DNA of 64,000 nucleotides from Yuukianura sp. NJ FZ-2021 (Eukaryota): NCBI GenBank assembly GCA_046563655.1, contig CM102289.1, positions 992,001 to 1,056,000 of the forward strand, read 5' to 3'. Shown piece by piece: positions 61,714 to 64,000 of this stretch (position 1 is its first letter; each line of letters starts with the position of its first letter). The notes under the pieces were generated by a model. It saw only the letters and a program-made list of their open reading frames with translations, ran no database searches and was not told where the DNA came from. The position numbers and the translations under genes were made by a program.

Positions 61714-64000
61714 ATGCGGTCGTCAGGAGTTGTTCTCTTGATTTCAGCTATGTCTGCTCTGTCCATCCATTGGACATGCGCACAGGGTACTGAAGGGCCC
61801 TTGGTCCACACACCGAAGGGTACCTTGAGAGGGAAGTACCAAAAGTCCTCAAGAAATGGAATCCAATATGAAGCATTCTTGGGCATAAAGTACGGAGAAG
61901 CTCCTAAGAGATTCGACGTGAGTTTGAAAATTTTCAAAAAGTTTCAGAAATTAGAGTACAAAAATTGGAACTAATTAAATTCTTAATTGAACTTTTAACT
62001 TTTTAACTTTTAACTTTTAACTACTTCTGGAGGTGTCAAGACCTACTGGAGGGTGGTACGGAGTCAAAGATGCGCGGGAATTCGGAGCGAGTTGTGCGCA
62101 GCTAATTAGTGAAGGTACTTCCATCATTGGTGAAGAGGATTGTCTCTACTTGAATGTCTACAAACCAAAGGTTATTTTTTTTTATATAAATTTTTAAAAT
62201 ATGCTAATTTCAATTCTTAAAAATTTTGATTTTAAAAAATTATGCAGTCGTGTAGAAGAAAACATCCAGTCTTGGTTTTTATTCATGGTGGTGGATATGT
62301 TTCCGGAAGTTCAATTGAATACGGCGGTGGATATTTAGTAGGTGAAGGGATCGTGGTGGTTACGATAAATTATCGAGTAGGAATTTTGGGTACTTTGAAA
62401 CTCCACATTTCAAATTTCAAATTTGAGCAAGATAAAACGTTTTTTGAAATTTTTTTGGAAATTTAAAGTATGCTACTTCACGCGGTTTATTTAGGATTCC
62501 TAAATACTGGCGAAGGGCATGCGTATGGTAACCAGGGAATGAAAGATTTCGTCCTGGCTTTAAAATGGGTGCAACAAAATATCGGTAATTTTGAAACATT
62601 TCACACAAATCAGCACTCTGTTTTTTTTTGAAAATTAATTTTTGATGCTCATTTGTCCAAATTCAGAATTTTTTGGAGGAGATCCAAATTGTGTCACAGT
62701 CAGTGGCCAATCTTCTGGCGGTCCATCGGCACTTATGCTAACAATTTCTCCGCTAGCAAAAGGTTTGTACTGTGAGGTGCACTGCTCAAATCCTGCAAGA
62801 CAAAAAAAAATTAAGATCCGAGTGGGTCTCGAATTCACATCTCTTCAATCCGATAAGAGCTCTAACCACTGAACTATCTGGTTCTAATCATACAGGATAG
62901 AATCCGCCACTGTACTCTAAATATTAAAATTAAGGATAACTTTTAAAATTTTTAGAAATTTGTAGCACTGTGTTTTTCAAAACCAAAAAACAAGAGTTGC
63001 TAGTTTCAAAATTTTAAAAATTTGATTTCCACAGGACTATTTCATAGAATTTATGCCATGTCGGGTGACTTTTTGAGCTTTTGGGCGTTTACTGAAGACA
63101 CAACAAAAACTGTACAAGCGACCGCAGAAGCGCTTAACTGCAGCACAGCGGCTGGAAACGCCGGCTTAGCCGATTGCTTCAGAAAAGCACCACTGGAGAA
63201 ACTCATTCCAGCACAAAGTTCCATCGAGGTACCACAAAAAGTATTTTTTTACTCTAACTTCCATATCAATTCTAAATTTGAATTTTCAGTTTTGGTTTTT
63301 GCAAGACTTGTCAGAAACTCCATCACTTGAATTGAAAAATTATGAAAATCCAAATCCATTTTTGGATAAACGTCCAATTGACCTCGTTCGGGCAGGAAAT
63401 TTTGCAAAAGTTCCGATTGTTCTAACAACAACAAAAAATGAAGGATTCTTCATTGCTGCAAGTAATTAATTTAACCCTAATGTGATAATTAACTTCAGTT
63501 TAATTAACTTTTATTTAACTAATTGAAATTGGCATTTTGTTGTTGAAGTGATTTCTAGAAATCCGTCGTTATTGGCTGTTGTGTCAGACAGATTTGAGGA
63601 ACTCGCTCCCATTCCTCTAGCCTTGAGCAATTGCAGAAAAGAACTTGCCGCTAAAAGCTTGAAATTTTATTTTGATAATCAAAAAGTTTCGAGAGCAAAC
63701 GAGCGAAATTTGAGCAACTACATGGGCGACGTTTGGTTTACGCATGGAATTTACAGAACTGCTCGCATGATGAGTCGGCACACTTCGGTGTACACGGGCG
63801 TTTTCAATCATCGCGCCAAAACCTTTAGTTTTTTAAATTCGATTGGCATTTACGACGATATTGATGGTTAGATGAAAAACTTCACCTTTTCCCTCCAAAA
63901 ATTTGGAAAACTTATAACATTTTCGAAAAAAAATTATCAAAGTTTCCTTTTACATATTGAATCTGAAAGAGTATATAATACTATGTATTTTTAAAATTTT
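61714..64000 (+). CDS. Type-B carboxylesterase (COesterase), multi-exon, runs off the window
   Basis: Signal peptide, [59 protein letters not shown] (nucleophile elbow) and TTKNEG. Confidence 0.93.
62813..62884 (-). mobile_element. tRNA-derived SINE head / tRNA-like remnant in an esterase intron
   Basis: The minus strand has A-box-like TAGTTCAGTGG and B-box-like GAATTCGAGACC followed by a T-run. The anticodon arm is not convincing for a real tRNA. Confidence 0.55.

Noticed and set aside
62813..62884. Functional tRNA gene
   Set aside because: A- and B-box-like motifs are present, but the cloverleaf and anticodon arm are not convincing. Treated as SINE-like.

Overview
Eukaryotic, intron-containing, AT-rich arthropod DNA. 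A springtail-like hexapod is likely from the gene families and intron style, but this is inference. The left part (1-22.5 kb) holds a decayed bestrophin, an F-box gene whose first intron is filled by three hAT-type MITEs, a secreted VMO-I beta-prism protein with an aerolysin-like C-terminal extension, a 1.16-kb foldback element, a BTB-zinc-finger gene, acid sphingomyelinase, an NPC2/ML protein and a modular trypsin. From 23 to 61 kb lies a tandem array of two very divergent ionotropic-receptor (IR)-like families. A two-exon type A and an intronless type B were repeatedly co-duplicated in the order A1-B1-B2-[GR-like 7TM]-A2-B3-A3-B4(fragment)-B5. Every B copy is preceded by a remnant of a DINE-1/HINE-like element, and A and B share an upstream motif. 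The array carries an intact, recent BEL/Pao LTR retrotransposon (in A2), a DD82E Tc1/mariner-superfamily element with an intron (A1 intron), a full HINE (A3 intron), several MITEs and a LINE stub. A carboxylesterase begins at 61.7 kb. Several single-base frameshifts fall in homopolymers and may be assembly errors. All calls are by eye, with no database searches.
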